DNA of 63,662 bases, counting the filler, from Squatina squatina (Eukaryota), in assembly GCA_031763465.1 (NCBI GenBank). It is 4 parts of 4 records of this genome, joined end to end, with 100 filler letters (N's around TTAATTAATTAA, not from the genome) between each part and the next. Parts side by side here need not be neighbours in the genome. Positions count along the whole stretch, not along the records: positions 33,505 to 50,364 come from JARFOE010000016.1; positions 50,465 to 63,662 come from JARFOE010000168.1; 2 more parts are not named here. One strand, 5' to 3'. The translations under genes were made by a program, and so were the position numbers. The notes beneath the pieces are model-generated. The model was not told the origin of the DNA. It saw nothing but the letters and a program-made list of their open reading frames with translations, and did not search any database. This document shows positions 49,376-62,466 of the stretch, piece after piece (positions within the stretch are counted from its first letter, which is position 1; each line of letters begins with the position of its first letter).

Positions 49376-50408
49376 TATTTTTATTTTCCTTGTATTTTAT
49401 TTGTGTATGTTAAATTGCATGCTAGGAAATTCATCTGTCCTTCAAATAATTCCAACATATCTCCGGGAATAAGTGATTAATTCCAGTGCAGAAAATCATA
49501 CTGTGAATTAATCAATTACAGATGGTTTCTAACTTGTCTGAGGAAGCTAATATTCTTTACTTTTCAAATCAAATTTAGGCTATGTGAATTACCTATATTA
49601 GATCAGATAAGTAAGCAGTCATGTTGCAACTGCAGTATTCATGTGAGCCCAGCCAGAAACTGTATTAATTGGAAAGTCAGTTTTAGCCAACCTAATTCCT
49701 TCTGGAAAAAACAACTGATCATAACAAACGATTTAATCACAAATAATCTTCCTCTTTATAAAATGCTATACCATTACATATCAGCAATGGAAGCCCAAAA
49801 TTGCATTGGGGTCGTTTGTATGTCATAGAACCCCGATTTGCATGGGCTAATGAGGCTCTTTTTGGCTGGTGCCTGAGCTGCACATATAAAGGACCACACC
49901 AAATGGCGGAGGCCTGGACATTGGGCTAATACTTAGATTCTATCTTTTTCCTCTCAAAATTTATCACCTTACACTTCTCTGCATTAAATTTCATCTGCTT
50001 CCTATCTTCCCATTCTACTAACCTATCTATGACCAAAAAAGTCTTTTACAGTCCTCATCGCTCTTTAACCAAAAAAACTCTACTTTTGCATCACCAACAA
50101 ATCCCCCCCTTTTGTGTCATCAGAAAATTTGTATATACAGACACGTAATCCCAATTTGCTTGAAACTGTGATTGATAAAACATTGAAATGACACCGTAAA
50201 CAAATTAAATATTTAGGCAATTGGGATATTGCACTTCTTATAAAATACCAGCTCGGTACAAGTCATAATCAATGTAATTCTGCATTTTCAATGAATACAC
50301 TTACCAAGTGAGTCAGAAATATAAGACAACAAATAGGAAAGTCTAAAGTCAACTGCAAGTAAAANNNNNNNNNNNNNNNNNNNNNNNNNNNNNNNNNNNN
50401 NNNNNNNN

Positions 50409-50420
50409 TTAATTAATTAA
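50409..50420. other. Artificial scaffold linker TTAATTAATTAA
   Basis: Same N44-12-N44 structure as at 14911 and 33449. Confidence 0.95.
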
Positions 50421-50849
50421 NNNNNNNNNNNNNNNNNNNNNNNNNNNNNNNNNNNNNNNNNNNNGAAACTCTTAAAATAAGTCAATTCAACAGGTATAAA
50501 ATAGACAGCTATTCAAGTTCAATGTGATTTTCAATGTAATTGCTTAGGCGAGTGTTGCAAAATCTGCTGGTACAGTACACAACCTATATTACCAACCTCA
50601 AATAATTATCTAGCCTTCATAGAAATCTTCCTGTTGACTACATGACGCCTTTCAGTTCCTTTTCACCTTTCGAGAAAGGGTTTCTTATCCCAGTGCTTTC
50701 TGAATGCATCGGGACTTGAAGGAAACAATTGTCCCACTGCATCTTCCCACGGCATAGAAACTGTTCAAATTCTACCGCCTTATTTTTGTTGGTACTATCC
50801 GACTCAATGCACGACACTCAAGATCCCAGAATCTGTTTTACAACTGACA

Positions 50850-51320
50850 AGGGAATAGGCCATGTTAGATTGAGTGATGAGTAACAAACCAGAATTAGTT
50901 AATAATTTGACAGAAAGGGAACCTCTTGCAAACAGTGACCATGATATATTTGAATTTCATATTAGGTTAGAGGGGAAGATGGGAGAGTCCCAAACCAAAG
51001 TTTTAAATTTATGTAAGGCAATCCTTGAAGGGATGAGAAATAAATTGACCACAGTAAACTGGGCTGGATTGTTAATGAGCAAACCTGCAGATAAACAGTA
51101 GGAAGTATTCAAAGAAGTATTAGATACAATACAAAACATGCACATACCCCTAAAAGGCAGAGGCTCTAATTCTGCAGTTCGCAACCATTGTCAACAAATG
51201 GGGTAAGTGATAGTATTAAGCTAAGAGGAAAGGTTCACACAAATGGAAGTAAAAGTGGAAATCCAGCCGAATGGGTGAGGTATAAAAAACAACAAAGGGA
51301 GACAAAAAAAGTAATAATTG
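50850..51320 (+). mobile_element. CR1 LINE ORF2 endonuclease C-terminal fragment
   Basis: LD.VMSNKPELVNNLTEREPLANSDHDIFEF, the APE endonuclease SDH motif. Confidence 0.8.
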
Positions 51321-51861
51321 AAAATCATATTGCCAGCACTCTTGCACTGTGCAGGTGCTTCCAGGGCGGTCAGTATAACCTCCTTAATGTTCAGATAGAT
51401 AGATCCTCGACTGCAGTGTTCCTTCTTCCTCTCCGGTTACGAGTGACCTCAAGAGTGGTCTGTTTATGCTGTTTCACTTGCAGATGCAAAATCTAATGGT
51501 GTCAGATTCAGATAGGCCTGTTCAACGCCGCCCCCCCCCCCAAAATTGCAAATAAAAGTTGCCAAGTTTTATTCGAGGGGCCACAATTTTATATTAAGAT
51601 CTTAATAATTGTCAATTTTGGGTACATTTCATGTTTGGGTTTTAGTGCTAGTGGATTTGAGAGATCATAGATTAGCTTTAAAGAATATTTGCAAGCACTC
51701 ATTTATAATATGTAGGTCTCTGAATTATTTCACTACTGTACTCAGTGCATCATTGCTAATATGTCTACATCATCTTGGACATTTTTTCCCTTCATTTCAA
51801 CGCTTTGATAGAAATGCAGGGCTCTTGATTTTATTAAGATTGTGAAGGGATGGTTTGTAAT

Positions 51862-51988
51862 TATCTTCACACAGAGAGTAGTGAATCTGTGGAATTCTCT
51901 GCCACAGAAAGTAGTTGAGGCCGGTTCATTGGCTATATTTAAGAGGGAGTTAGATGTGGCCCTTGTGGCTAAAGGGATCAGGGGGTAT
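51862..51988 (+). mobile_element. CR1 LINE 3' fragment
   Basis: FTQRVVNLWNSLPQKVVEAGSLAIFKRELD. Confidence 0.85.
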
Positions 51989-53219
51989 NNNNNNNNNNNN
52001 NNNNNNNNNNNNNNNNNNNNNNNNNNNNNNNNNNNNNNNNNNNNNNNNNNNNNNNNNNNNNNNNNNNNNNNNNNNNNNNNNNNNNNNNATCACTAATCAC
52101 ATTACATGGCCCAATTCTCCAAATTCCCAGGAGGCTGGGAGAGGAGGTAATCTTAGAGGGGGGGAAGCAATTGCATCATACGAGTCCGAGGGTTCATGCC
52201 AGCTAAATTTTTTCAACTTATCCTTGTGTATAACGTTCTGGTTTTCAGTGGTTAATGATTGCACTTCACTCTACCATTAGTTGGGGAAAGTCCAAGCTGA
52301 GAAAAGCCATTTAACCAATAACCTGGTTAGAAATAGCACATGGATGTCAAATAGCTACATTTTGAGAGATGATCTTCACTGTCTCACTCAAGTAATCTTC
52401 AACCCAGGAAAGTTAGAAGCTCCCACCCTTTTTCTCTGAAGTGCTCACATTCTTCTACTTCCCTCCCTATTGTTTGTTGTTGTGAACGTAAGCCCCTGCC
52501 CCCTGCTCCCAGCCTACTTCTGCATTCAGCTCAGGCTAGTTGTTTAAAGCCTCTGGTTTCTGTTAAACCCTCTATTTAATCAGGTTGGGGCTGACAGAGC
52601 ATGGAGTCCTTGTTTCAGGACTTTAGGGGTCCTGCAAAGACAAATACTGTCCTCCTTCCCCCATTAGCAAAAACAAAAAAATGGATTTCCCCTCCTCCCT
52701 CGAGACACAACATATGACACCTTAATATTAACAGTTAATCTATCAGTGTTAAAATAAATTCGGCAGAATATGCCAAAACAATTTAAGCATAATGCATGGA
52801 CAATGAACCCAAACTCCAATGTGATTCACTAGCATTAATTCCTCTTCAGATGGAAACTGCAAAAGCCAAACAATGCTAATGTTAACATTATCCATGAAGT
52901 CAATAATTGTTCTACAACAGGTGATTTTTAAAAACTGTTTATAATTAAGACTTTAAAAAAGAAACTCCCAATTAGTTAAATGCACTGTTACAGCATTAAG
53001 CCATTTACATCAGAAAAGTTCAACCTTTGGCCTAGACTCAGATAGCTGGTTTTGGGCCCAGACCTTTTCTTCACTAGTCGGAGATGAGCCACTTTCTACT
53101 GCCCAGTCCACTCTAGAAAGTGTACTTGTGGAGCCCTTGGACGAGGATACGTGACTGATGCCCTGCCTGCTCACAATCACCGGGCTGCTCCTTCAGGAAT
53201 AACCACTTGGACATACAGG

Positions 53220-53620
53220 AAAACGGTGAAACCGTGGTCTCTGTATGGACCATCGCCTTAACAGGCGGGGGAGGCGGCGGTTGAATGCAAGCAAGTTTCC
53301 TCCGGGTTTAAAGAAAACCCTGCGTGCGCCTGCGCTCGGCTGGCTCGCTGAACACCCGGCAAAGTTCAAACTGCGGAGACTGGCCGGGGGTTGGGGGGGG
53401 ACGGGGACGGGCTCGGGCGGGAGGTTCGCCGATTTCCGGCCCATGAAGGACTCGGGGCAATGTGCACCCAGCCAGAGGCGGCGGGGGAAAGACCAGGCGC
53501 AGGGAAATGCTGAAGCTTTCAGTCGGAATTTCCTCAAATATATATATATATAAAAAAAAATAAACACTCATTAACAGACAGCAGCGGACCTGAATAACCG
53601 GGACGTGGAGCGGCTTGTTC
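53220..53620. promoter_or_regulatory. GC/CpG-rich island segment in intron 1 of the fringe gene
   Basis: Dense CpG dinucleotides compared with the AT-rich flanks; lies about 400-800 bp downstream of the CpG-rich exon 1. Confidence 0.5.
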
Positions 53621-53759
53621 TGTGGATTGAGCCCAAATTCACTTGATCCCAAATTTCCTGAAGGCTAGATTACATCCAGATTGCCAGAAGGGCCAGGGCT
53701 GTCTCAAGCTTTACTCCGTTACATTACATAATATGGGGCATTGTTGGGCCAGTGGTGCT

Positions 53760-53955
53760 TATTAATGATTATAATTGATTATTAATATAATGATTAATAG
53801 CAACTATTAAGAATGACTAAAATAATTGATTATAATGACAGATAGCAACGATTGATTATTATTAATCACTAATTGCGATTATTGATAATTATAATTAATA
53901 CTGATGAATAACTATAATGAATAAATATTAGTTATTAATAACTATAATTATTTAT
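53760..53955. repeat. AT-rich low-complexity (ATT/TAA/TGA) tract
   Basis: Degenerate attaat/ataatt/tgatt iterations seen directly. Confidence 0.8.
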
Positions 53956-53996
53956 CCTCAAGATTTCCCTGGGTTCTCCCCCGTCCTCTCGCTCAC

Positions 53997-54099
53997 CTGT
54001 TCCCGATTGCGGGAGATCCAAGTGTCGAGCAGCAGCTCCAGCCGGGACCGGTGGACTTTCTTGGTGGTTTTCACCGCGATGAACAAATCGCCGACGGCG
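53997..54099 (-). CDS. Fringe-family beta-1,3-N-acetylglucosaminyltransferase, 3' end of exon 1 (lunatic- or manic-fringe-like)
   Basis: [34 protein letters not shown]|gtgagc. It has the conserved fringe FIAVKTT...LLLxTW motif and the intron position preceding TF(I/V)FTD. The paralog is not resolved. Confidence 0.9.
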
Positions 54100-55774
54100 N
54101 NNNNNNNNNNNNNNNNNNNNNNNNNNNNNNNNNNNNNNNNNNNNNNNNNNNNNNNNNNNNNNNNNNNNNNNNNNNNNNNNNNNNNNNNNNNNNNNNNNNG
54201 TACTGTAGGCAATGTGAAACTGAAGCAGTGCGAGGCCTCCTGAAAATGGCATTACACAGCTTGCCAAAATACAATACACCTTCAGCTCAGTGAATTCACT
54301 GTCTAGTTACACTGGCCTGTAATTGTTTTATAAGAATGAACTGTCCTGAAAATCCTGTTGCCATCTTGCACTTTTCCCAGCGGAGCATTTTATTTGCTTT
54401 TCCCCATTTTTGTTCTCGAAATGACCTATCCGGTTGCTCAATCTTGACTATGATGAGGGCATGGTCTTCTCTAATACCACCCCAGTGATTGGCCATTAGC
54501 GAATACTAGGACGAGAGCCAAGATATTCTATTACTCACTCTTTCACACTGAGCTCAACCTTTGTTTGTGGAAAGCCGAGATACAAAGGTTAGTCAGGACT
54601 GGGGTCAATCTTGGGTTTCCCAGGGTTTGCTCTTAACACTTCAGCTTCCCTGAGCATTTTTGCTCCAGAAACCCACAAGAATACCAAAAACAGCTTTCGG
54701 TTATTTTGCTCCAATGCAAACGGAATGTTAATTGAAAACATAATCAAGAATAAATGTATACATTTTTAACTGCATGTTTCTGTAATTATGAGTGTTGGTT
54801 ATTTGGTTCATGAAGCATCTCGCTGTTCTGTGATTCTGCAGGAGTGATTTGCAGTGATTGTAAGAAAATATTTTTGTGTTTTATTTTATTTTTGGTATTC
54901 TCTTTTTTTAAGTTTGTCCTTTTTCTAACAGATTTGTATTGGGATATCTCATGCATAGCAATGAAACAGTTCGTTTATTCTGAAATGCTTTCAATGAGTT
55001 GCTTAATTGCCCAAATCAAAGTGACATCATTGTTGTAAATACTGACACCCAAGAAAGCTATTTTATTTAATATATTTCACAAAGAAACACAGTTGCTATC
55101 TGGGTTTTCCTTTCTAGCGGGTGGTAAGGAACCCAATTAAAAAAACACAAAAATATGAACAGAAGAGCACAGTTAAAGTTACTGTATATTCCAATTTAGT
55201 AGTGACTGTACTTTTCTGGTGATTATGCTGATATTCTGAGAATGTTTCTATTGCTAAAAAAGCTAGGCCATCAGGGCCTCTTCGCAGAAATACATGGGAC
55301 AGAATTTTTTTCATTGTCNNNNNNNNNNTTGTTTCCTGTGTTTTTGAACTTATGGAATACCAATGTGATCAAATTGAAGGAACTGACTCAGGAGTTACTG
55401 AGACCAGCAATGTGAGAAAAGAGCTTAATTAATAATGTATTGCGTTACTGTGATTTACCCAGGGCATTTCAGCTTCAAGTCTGCCGCCAGCCTTGGATAA
55501 CTCCTTCAAACTCCTTAAATGTTATTGCACAATGTTTAAACAAAAAATATTTAGGGTGGGAGAGGAAAGACCAAAATAAATAAAAAGATGTTGGTGTTAA
55601 GGGTGCGGCGGTGATATGCTCTGGTGCTCCAGGGTGTTGCCTATTTTGGTGATGGTTTTGTGCTCATTAAGGTGAAAGATGTCAGTGCGAGGGAGAAGAA
55701 TGATTTTCCACTTTGTCACCTAATGTTACCACCAAACACGTGTACAATTGAAGAGCCAGCTGCAATATAGAGAG

Positions 55775-56050
55775 GGACTTGCATTCTATATGGCGTCTTA
55801 TCACATGTCTCAGCAAGGTCCCAGAACATTCTGCAATGAATGAGCTCCTTGTCTGAATCGTGCCATGGGGGGTCTTCAATGTTCACCTGAAGAGGCAGAC
55901 GGAGCATTGTTTCAGTATTTCGTTTGAAGAATGGGACCTCTTGACGCACTGAAGTGTCAGCCTTGATTATGTGCTCCAGTTCTGTAGTGGATTTTGAACC
56001 CCCTGCCTTTAAATTCAGAGACAAGAGTTCTACCAACTGAGCCAAGCTGA
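55775..56050 (-). mobile_element. tRNA-derived SINE
   Basis: Minus head cagcttggctcagttggtagaactc...ggttcaaaatccact (A and B boxes), with a tail similar to 23420-23800. Confidence 0.75.
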
Positions 56051-56271
56051 CATTTGTGTAGTTTGCATTTTAACTGTGTTCTTCTTCAATCCAGCTCTGT
56101 AATGGTACAATTATGTGGGTCCCGGTGCTGCACTTAATTTCAGAAACACATGCGGAAAGAAGTAGAACTCTTCAAGTTATACTGGATGTTATACTCCACG
56201 CTACTTCCTTTTCCTTACACATCCAGCTTATGCCACACATGACTGCCAATGCTTGATGGAGATGCCAGTGG

Positions 56272-56383
56272 GTGTATTTTCCTCTAGCAGTTAAGTTGAG
56301 TGCAAATAGAAGTGCAACAGGGAAACCCACTTTATATTTGCATTGACTGCTTCACTCACAATAGTGAGTTAATGAAAATACAC
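56272..56383. repeat. Palindromic MITE-like remnant
   Basis: gtgtattttc pairs with gaaaatacac at the termini; inner tgcaaatagaagtg pairs with cactttatatttgca. Confidence 0.55.
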
Positions 56384-58068
56384 ATATGGGTGACGAAAAT
56401 AATAATACCATGTCTTTTAGTTATTAATTAACAATAATACCTTCACAAAATACAACACCTACCAACATTACCGTACAGAAGTGTCTTGAAACAATTCACA
56501 TGTGGAATTATTTTTGAAGCACAGTGCCTGTTGCTATTTAGATCAATTTGCCTGTACTAGTAAAGTCCCACAAACAGTCATGAAATGGAAGGCAACTTAA
56601 GCTGATCTTTTTTTGCCGGCATTGTTGGTGTATGACGGACATGAAATGGAAAAGGAAAGAAATATTCACGTTCCGTCCCAACGTAAGTAGGTTGAAAAGG
56701 TTTGCACCCAAGGTAGAGAGCAGTTTGGAGGCTGTTTGAAGATTTGAAATTTGCTTACTGTTTCACTGTACGATGAAAGGACTTGGTTTGCTACAGTGCT
56801 TAAAAAGGTACTTAAAACAAAAGATATTGAAATCATTCTTTTCCTTTATCTGAACATGTTCTGTAATTCCACCTTCTATTGTCTTGTAAATAACAGCATT
56901 GATTTCCCTCTCCATTAGCTTTTTCAAAATGTTAGTCAAATTGACCTAAATCTTCAGTCTACACAAAAAGTTACTGTTAAATAGACTTTGCAATATCTGC
57001 ATGACTATAAGATCAATTTCTGAGTGACTGTTTCATCTTTTTTGTTCTGATGTTGATTTGGCTATTTGCTTATAATCCCTTGAGCTGCTTCATACTGTTC
57101 CTGGTACTGGAGCTATACTGTTGCAGCATGCCAGAGCTTGACATAGTACAAAGTAGAGTTTTCAGGATTATGTTGCAAACTTTAAATATCAAAGCCTGAC
57201 AATAAAACACTCACCGACTTCCCTGATAATTGTATTCAGCTCATCTTTATGTGCTGTATAATTGAGGGGCCTACGTGGGTAGAAAACAAGTCAGCCCGGG
57301 CCTACACAGTCTCACTTGTCATCTGATAATGGGTAAACTGGAAAAGATTTCCATTCTTGCTATTCTGTGAGGAGGTTTTACTACTGTACCTCCCATATTA
57401 GATGTTCATCCCCAGGGAAAACACTGTGTCTCCCTTTGTAAATTACCTCTGTGGGAATTCTGCAACACCGTATCTCCAAACAATGTAGGTTTAAGCCTCA
57501 ATCCATCACATCCATTCATTGAATAACAATTAAAGCAAATGTCCCAGAACTACTGTAACATGTCTGAATCAAGGGAGTGATTGCGACTGGGTTACATTAG
57601 CTCCTGGAGTTGATTCACAACTTAGCTTTTTGTGCAGGAATGTTCTCAGTGTTCTGTTTTACATGATCTGTTATGTTACGCACGTGATATTTTTTTCCAT
57701 GAATAGATGAGACCTGACAAAAGCCCGAGACTTATAGGCTCAAACAGCTTGATAGATCATTCAATACAGTATTGCTGAAATATCATACACTTTTTATCTA
57801 GTGGACAATTGAAAGTTTAAGTTTTATCTATTTTCTTCCCTTCCTTTTCCTCGCTAAGCCTCCTGTCCCCCACACAGCTGGGAGGCCAGACAGATTGTGA
57901 GCTGAAGCAGTGAGGGAAATAATTTCCTCTGCAAATACCCAAAAGGAGAGTAATATATTTATATTTTGNNNNNNNNNNNNNNNNNNNNNNNNNNNNNNNN
58001 NNNNNNNNNNNNNNNNNNNNNNNNNNNNNNNNNNNNNNNNNNNNNNNNNNNNNNNNNNNNNNNNNNNN

Positions 58069-58363
58069 GGGCACAGCCTCAGGATACGGGGTAAGCCATT
58101 TAGAACTGAGATGAGGAGAAATTTCTTCACTCTGAGGGTGGTGAACCTGTGGAATTCTCTACCACAGAAGGTAGTGGAGGCCAAGTGATTAAATATATTC
58201 AAGAAGGAGATAGATATATTTTGTAATGCTAAAGGGATCAAGGGATATGGGGCGAAAGCGGGAGCAGGGTACTGAATTAGATGATCAGCCATGATATTGA
58301 ATGGTGCAGCAGGCCCAAAGGGCCGAATGGCCTACTCCTGCTCCAATTTTCTATGTTTCTATG
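58069..58363 (+). mobile_element. CR1 LINE 3' end with complete tail
   Basis: GHSLRIRGKPFRTEMRRNFFTLRVVNLWNSLPQKVVEA plus ggccgaatggcctactcctgctcc...(tttctatg)2. Confidence 0.92.
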
Positions 58364-59807
58364 TTTATTCCATTCTTTGTGGGGTTTAAACCAGATCTTT
58401 CTGCTTTTATACACCTTTCAAATTTTTGTTTTATTCTCATTTAAAACCAATCCAAAACATGGCAATTGTCCTCTCACTTTACACAATGTGTCGGTGTGAT
58501 GCAATTAAATAGCACATCTGTTTGATGAAACATAACAGTGCACAGACATGCTTGGAAATACCACATTTAGATTTCTCTAATAGCTGCCAAATATGATTAA
58601 ATTGCACCCATTATATCTTTTTTTATCTACATGGATCCTGTTGTGTAGATGAATCCAGCAGAGCTGTGTTGAATTTGCTGTTTTTAATTTTCCACTTGCA
58701 TATTTATTAATATTTAGGTCAATTCTCTTGCTTTTTTCCCCTCCCGCTACCCACTCTCGTCAACAGCAGGTGTAAAGGCGCAATTTCAATCAGCAGCAGC
58801 TCCATATATTATCCAGACAGTAGCTTTCAATCCTAGGGGCCTTCCTCTCCATGTCTGTCTTAATCAGCCCCACTTAATTCAGGACAGCCCACAGAGAGAG
58901 GGCCTGTGGGAGTCTTCTTTTGTGCGCACAGCACAGTGCACAGATTGAAAAGGCCTGGTTACTGAACCTTGTAATCCTCTATCATACTCTGTCACTGCGC
59001 TGGTTCCCACACATCCCCTGAGCCAACTGCCCAGGGGAGGGTCACATGACCCCCTCAGCAGACCTGTTGCTACTGTGGGAACAGGGTTCACCGGTGACCT
59101 ACAATCCAAGGCGATTGGCCAGTGCCAGGCTGCTGGCCTGTCCACTCACTCTCCAGTCCATTCTCACACCCCCAGGCTCCACAAGGGAAATCATCCGTAG
59201 TTAAACGAACCCTGATAGCTTCACTAATCAAGGCTGAATACGCAACTAGTGGTGTGCTTGTCTGTACTGGAGTGCGGTGTTAATGCTACACATGGTCTTT
59301 CTTTCAGCCGCAACAAAAGGGACTATTGTCTGTGGCTTTTGGCTCAATNNNNNNNNNNNNNNNNNNNNNNNNNNNNNNNNNNNNNNNNNNNNNNNNNNNN
59401 NNNNNNNNNNNNNNNNNNNNNNNNNNNNNNNNNNNNNNNNNNNNNNNNAGACAGAGAGCCCCTGAGATGCCTCCTCTCTATTGCAATCCTCAAGTCCTCT
59501 CCTTTACAAATCAAGAGCAATACAATGCTTGTAAGACAGATGTGCAGCAGCAGGGATGTTGAGGCTGAACTCTGCCAGGATTAGGCCATATGTTTAGATC
59601 TGACTGTGTCTCCATTGTTGGTGATTAAAAGGAAACTTACGTTTTCACTCAAAGTTGACACACAGGATACAATAGAAACCTGCAGCGAAGCAAATCAAGC
59701 TCCACGTTTGTGCCCATTCCCATGGCTCACAGTCTTAAAACATTTACAATTAGCACCAAACACTCAGTCTCACTACTGCTTCTTCGCTTGCCGTATTTTC
59801 TTTGAAA

Positions 59808-60010
59808 AATGAAAGAACTTGCATTTGTATAGCGCCTTTCACAAACTCAGGACGTCCCAAAGCATTTTACAGCCATTGAAGTACTTTTGGAGAGTAGTTG
59901 CTGTTGTAGTGTAGGAAACGCGGCAGGAAACCTTGCCTTGGGATCTTTTACGCCCACCTTAGAGGGCAGAAAGAGTTTACCATCTCATCTAAAGGTGACA
60001 CCTCCGGCAG
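59808..60010 (-). mobile_element. SINE/L2-type 3' tail fragment
   Basis: aagaacttgcatttgtatagcgcctttcac...gacgtcccaaagcattttacag, the reverse complement of the L2-like tail seen at 42310-42365. Confidence 0.65.
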
Positions 60011-61150
60011 NNNNNNNNNNNNNNNNNNNNNNNNNNNNNNNNNNNNNNNNNNNNNNNNNNNNNNNNNNNNNNNNNNNNNNNNNNNNNNNNNNNNNNNNNN
60101 NNNNNNNNNNTAAGGGTGCTCCTTCCTCCACTTGTGAGTAACCTGATTTAAAATAATTGAAAATGACTGAAAAAAACACTATACTGAACCATTCAATAGT
60201 TTCTTTGGTGTACATTAGTCAGATTCTTAGTAAATGAAATATTTTTGAGATGAAAAATCTTTTAAAAATTGCCTACTACTGCCTGTGCACTTAAGAAAAT
60301 GAGTGCAATTTGAAGAGCTTCCCTGACCCAGCGCAATCAGCAGAATCTCGCAGTTGTGACCTGGGGGGAGCAGAAAACACGAACGTAAGTGGGTTTGGGC
60401 TTAACTCACTTATATTTAAACCTCCCCGATCTTTTGCGCTGGTTGGGCCGATTCCGCGCAGATTGCGCTGATACTACTAGCGGAAATGAACGGAAACTCT
60501 ACCCCCAGATGCCGTTGGTCCTTTTTTTCTTAATATGTGGCGTATAATTTGCAGATCGGTCCTTTTGAAATCAGACACTTTGAAGCCGTCCACTTTTGTT
60601 TGGGGCTTAGCTGCCTCACATTTTTATTATTTTCAGTTGTAATGTGTCAGGGAGGACAGGTCTCCGAGGTTTCAAAGACTTTCTGCACAAAATAGTTAGC
60701 CTGGCAAAAGATACCAATTTTATACCAAAGGCAAAATCCGATCCCACACACTTCATTATTCAATCCACAGTCCGAGTATAAATCCAACTTTGCATGGATC
60801 TAAAGGGATTTCTCCTACTTAAGGTTGCAGTTGCCCATAACTAATTACATTTGCTGCACTCATGCATAGACATTTAAGGCAGTAAGCCAGCGATTCCCAA
60901 GAATAAATAAATGGGAAGGCACCGAGGCATGTAACTTCAAAAGCGACTTGTGTTAACTAGTCACCAACTGTCAAAGTTAACAAAAGTGGACTTTTGTTTA
61001 AGCAACTAGAAAAAGAAGAGAATGTAGCATTTTCTGGAGTTTTGCGCGTGNNNNNNNNNNNNNNNNNNNNNNNNNNNNNNNNNNNNNNNNNNNNNNNNNN
61101 NNNNNNNNNNNNNNNNNNNNNNNNNNNNNNNNNNNNNNNNNNNNNNNNNN

Positions 61151-61222
61151 CTTAGTGAAGACAGAACCAAAGTAGTTATTCAATTGGTCTGCCATGTCCT
61201 TGTTCCCCATGATCAATTCACC
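61151..61222 (-). mobile_element. CR1 LINE ORF2 fragment
   Basis: IMGNKDMADQLNNYFGSVFTK. Confidence 0.75.
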
Positions 61223-62443
61223 AGTTTTGCACTACTGGCCAAGACAAATTTCTACCCCATTATTGTATTTTTCAAGAATTCTCCTTAAGTTTCTATAAAG
61301 TTTAAAGAAATCTTCCCGTTTCCGTCTCACATCCCCCAGTCTGTTTCAACACTTTCTACATTGAAAACAATCCTCACTTGTTGAGTTTCCGGTCAATATT
61401 AAAGGGAAAATCAGTGGATAAGATACCTAAAGGCACAATCATGCACACTCTATTGACAGGACACCAAGTAATGTTGACAGAGTCTTGAGGATGGGTTATT
61501 TCCAGCCCTCTTAGTTGGGGAATGGTACACAGCCCCGAGGAAGCTAAAAGGAGGATAGGAAGGGGAGAACAAATGATCATTTTCTTGAGATTGAAGAATT
61601 GATGGTTGACTCATTCTGTTGACTGCCATCTTTGATGCCACCAAACATGCTTCCCCTGTCAACAGCGACATCAATGGGCATGGTAACGCTCATGAGAAGT
61701 GCCTTGGGATGTTTCATTATGTTAGAAGGGTTATATAAATGTAAGTTGTTGCCCTTGTACAAATATTACAAATGCTTGCAAGCATGAAATACCCGACAAG
61801 AGTACTTTTCAGGTTTGAGCCTTGCACTCACTGAAGACAGCAGAAACTTGGGAAACAAATACATATGATCCGAATCTATTAACTTCAAAGAATTCATAAA
61901 ATGTATTATTTTCCAGGTCGGTCCAGTTACACTAGCTTTTTATAGAATGTGCAGCCTTAGGCAGAGAGTTTTGAGGCATTACGTAGTGTTTTGACTACTG
62001 AATTCTTTAATAATAACACTGCGCTATCACAGGGCCCCACTGCATACAGGAAATCCCATGTCACCAGATACTCCTGGGTAAAAGATCTTAAAAGAATAAA
62101 TTAACAATAAAATAATTTTGGACTGGTCAGAAACTTTACAAATCACCTTCAGAACGCTCAAGGAAAAGGCAGCTTTCTACTTTTAAAGAGAAAATGGTAC
62201 ACACATTTTGAGCCACTTAAACAACTTCAGAGTTCGTCAAAGAATAAATCATGCAAAGGCTACATATTTCGATGCAGTTTAAAGACATTTACATTTCAAA
62301 TAGAATTCCCTTTTACTAAAGGGCCACCCTAGACCATAGGCAATGAAGTTTTAGACACTTTGAAATTGGGCTATACTGTTTGCAGAAAATGTTAGATATA
62401 TGTGATATAACAGGTGAAATGCATTATGTTACTGGAATTTCAG

Positions 62444-62466
62444 ATATATATATATATATATATATA
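62444..62466. repeat. (TA)n microsatellite
   Basis: Seen directly. Confidence 0.9.

Noticed and set aside
50640-50820. About 59-codon minus-strand open frame in non-repeat-looking sequence
   Set aside because: It has no start or splice context and no recognisable homology, and its length is within chance expectation.
53193-53652. Overlapping 100-124 aa ORFs on both strands
   Set aside because: These are by-products of a GC-rich CpG segment with few stop codons; no domain similarity was recognised.
55960-56050. tRNA gene (A and B boxes present)
   Set aside because: There is no full cloverleaf and it continues into a SINE body and tail, so it is a tRNA-derived SINE head.
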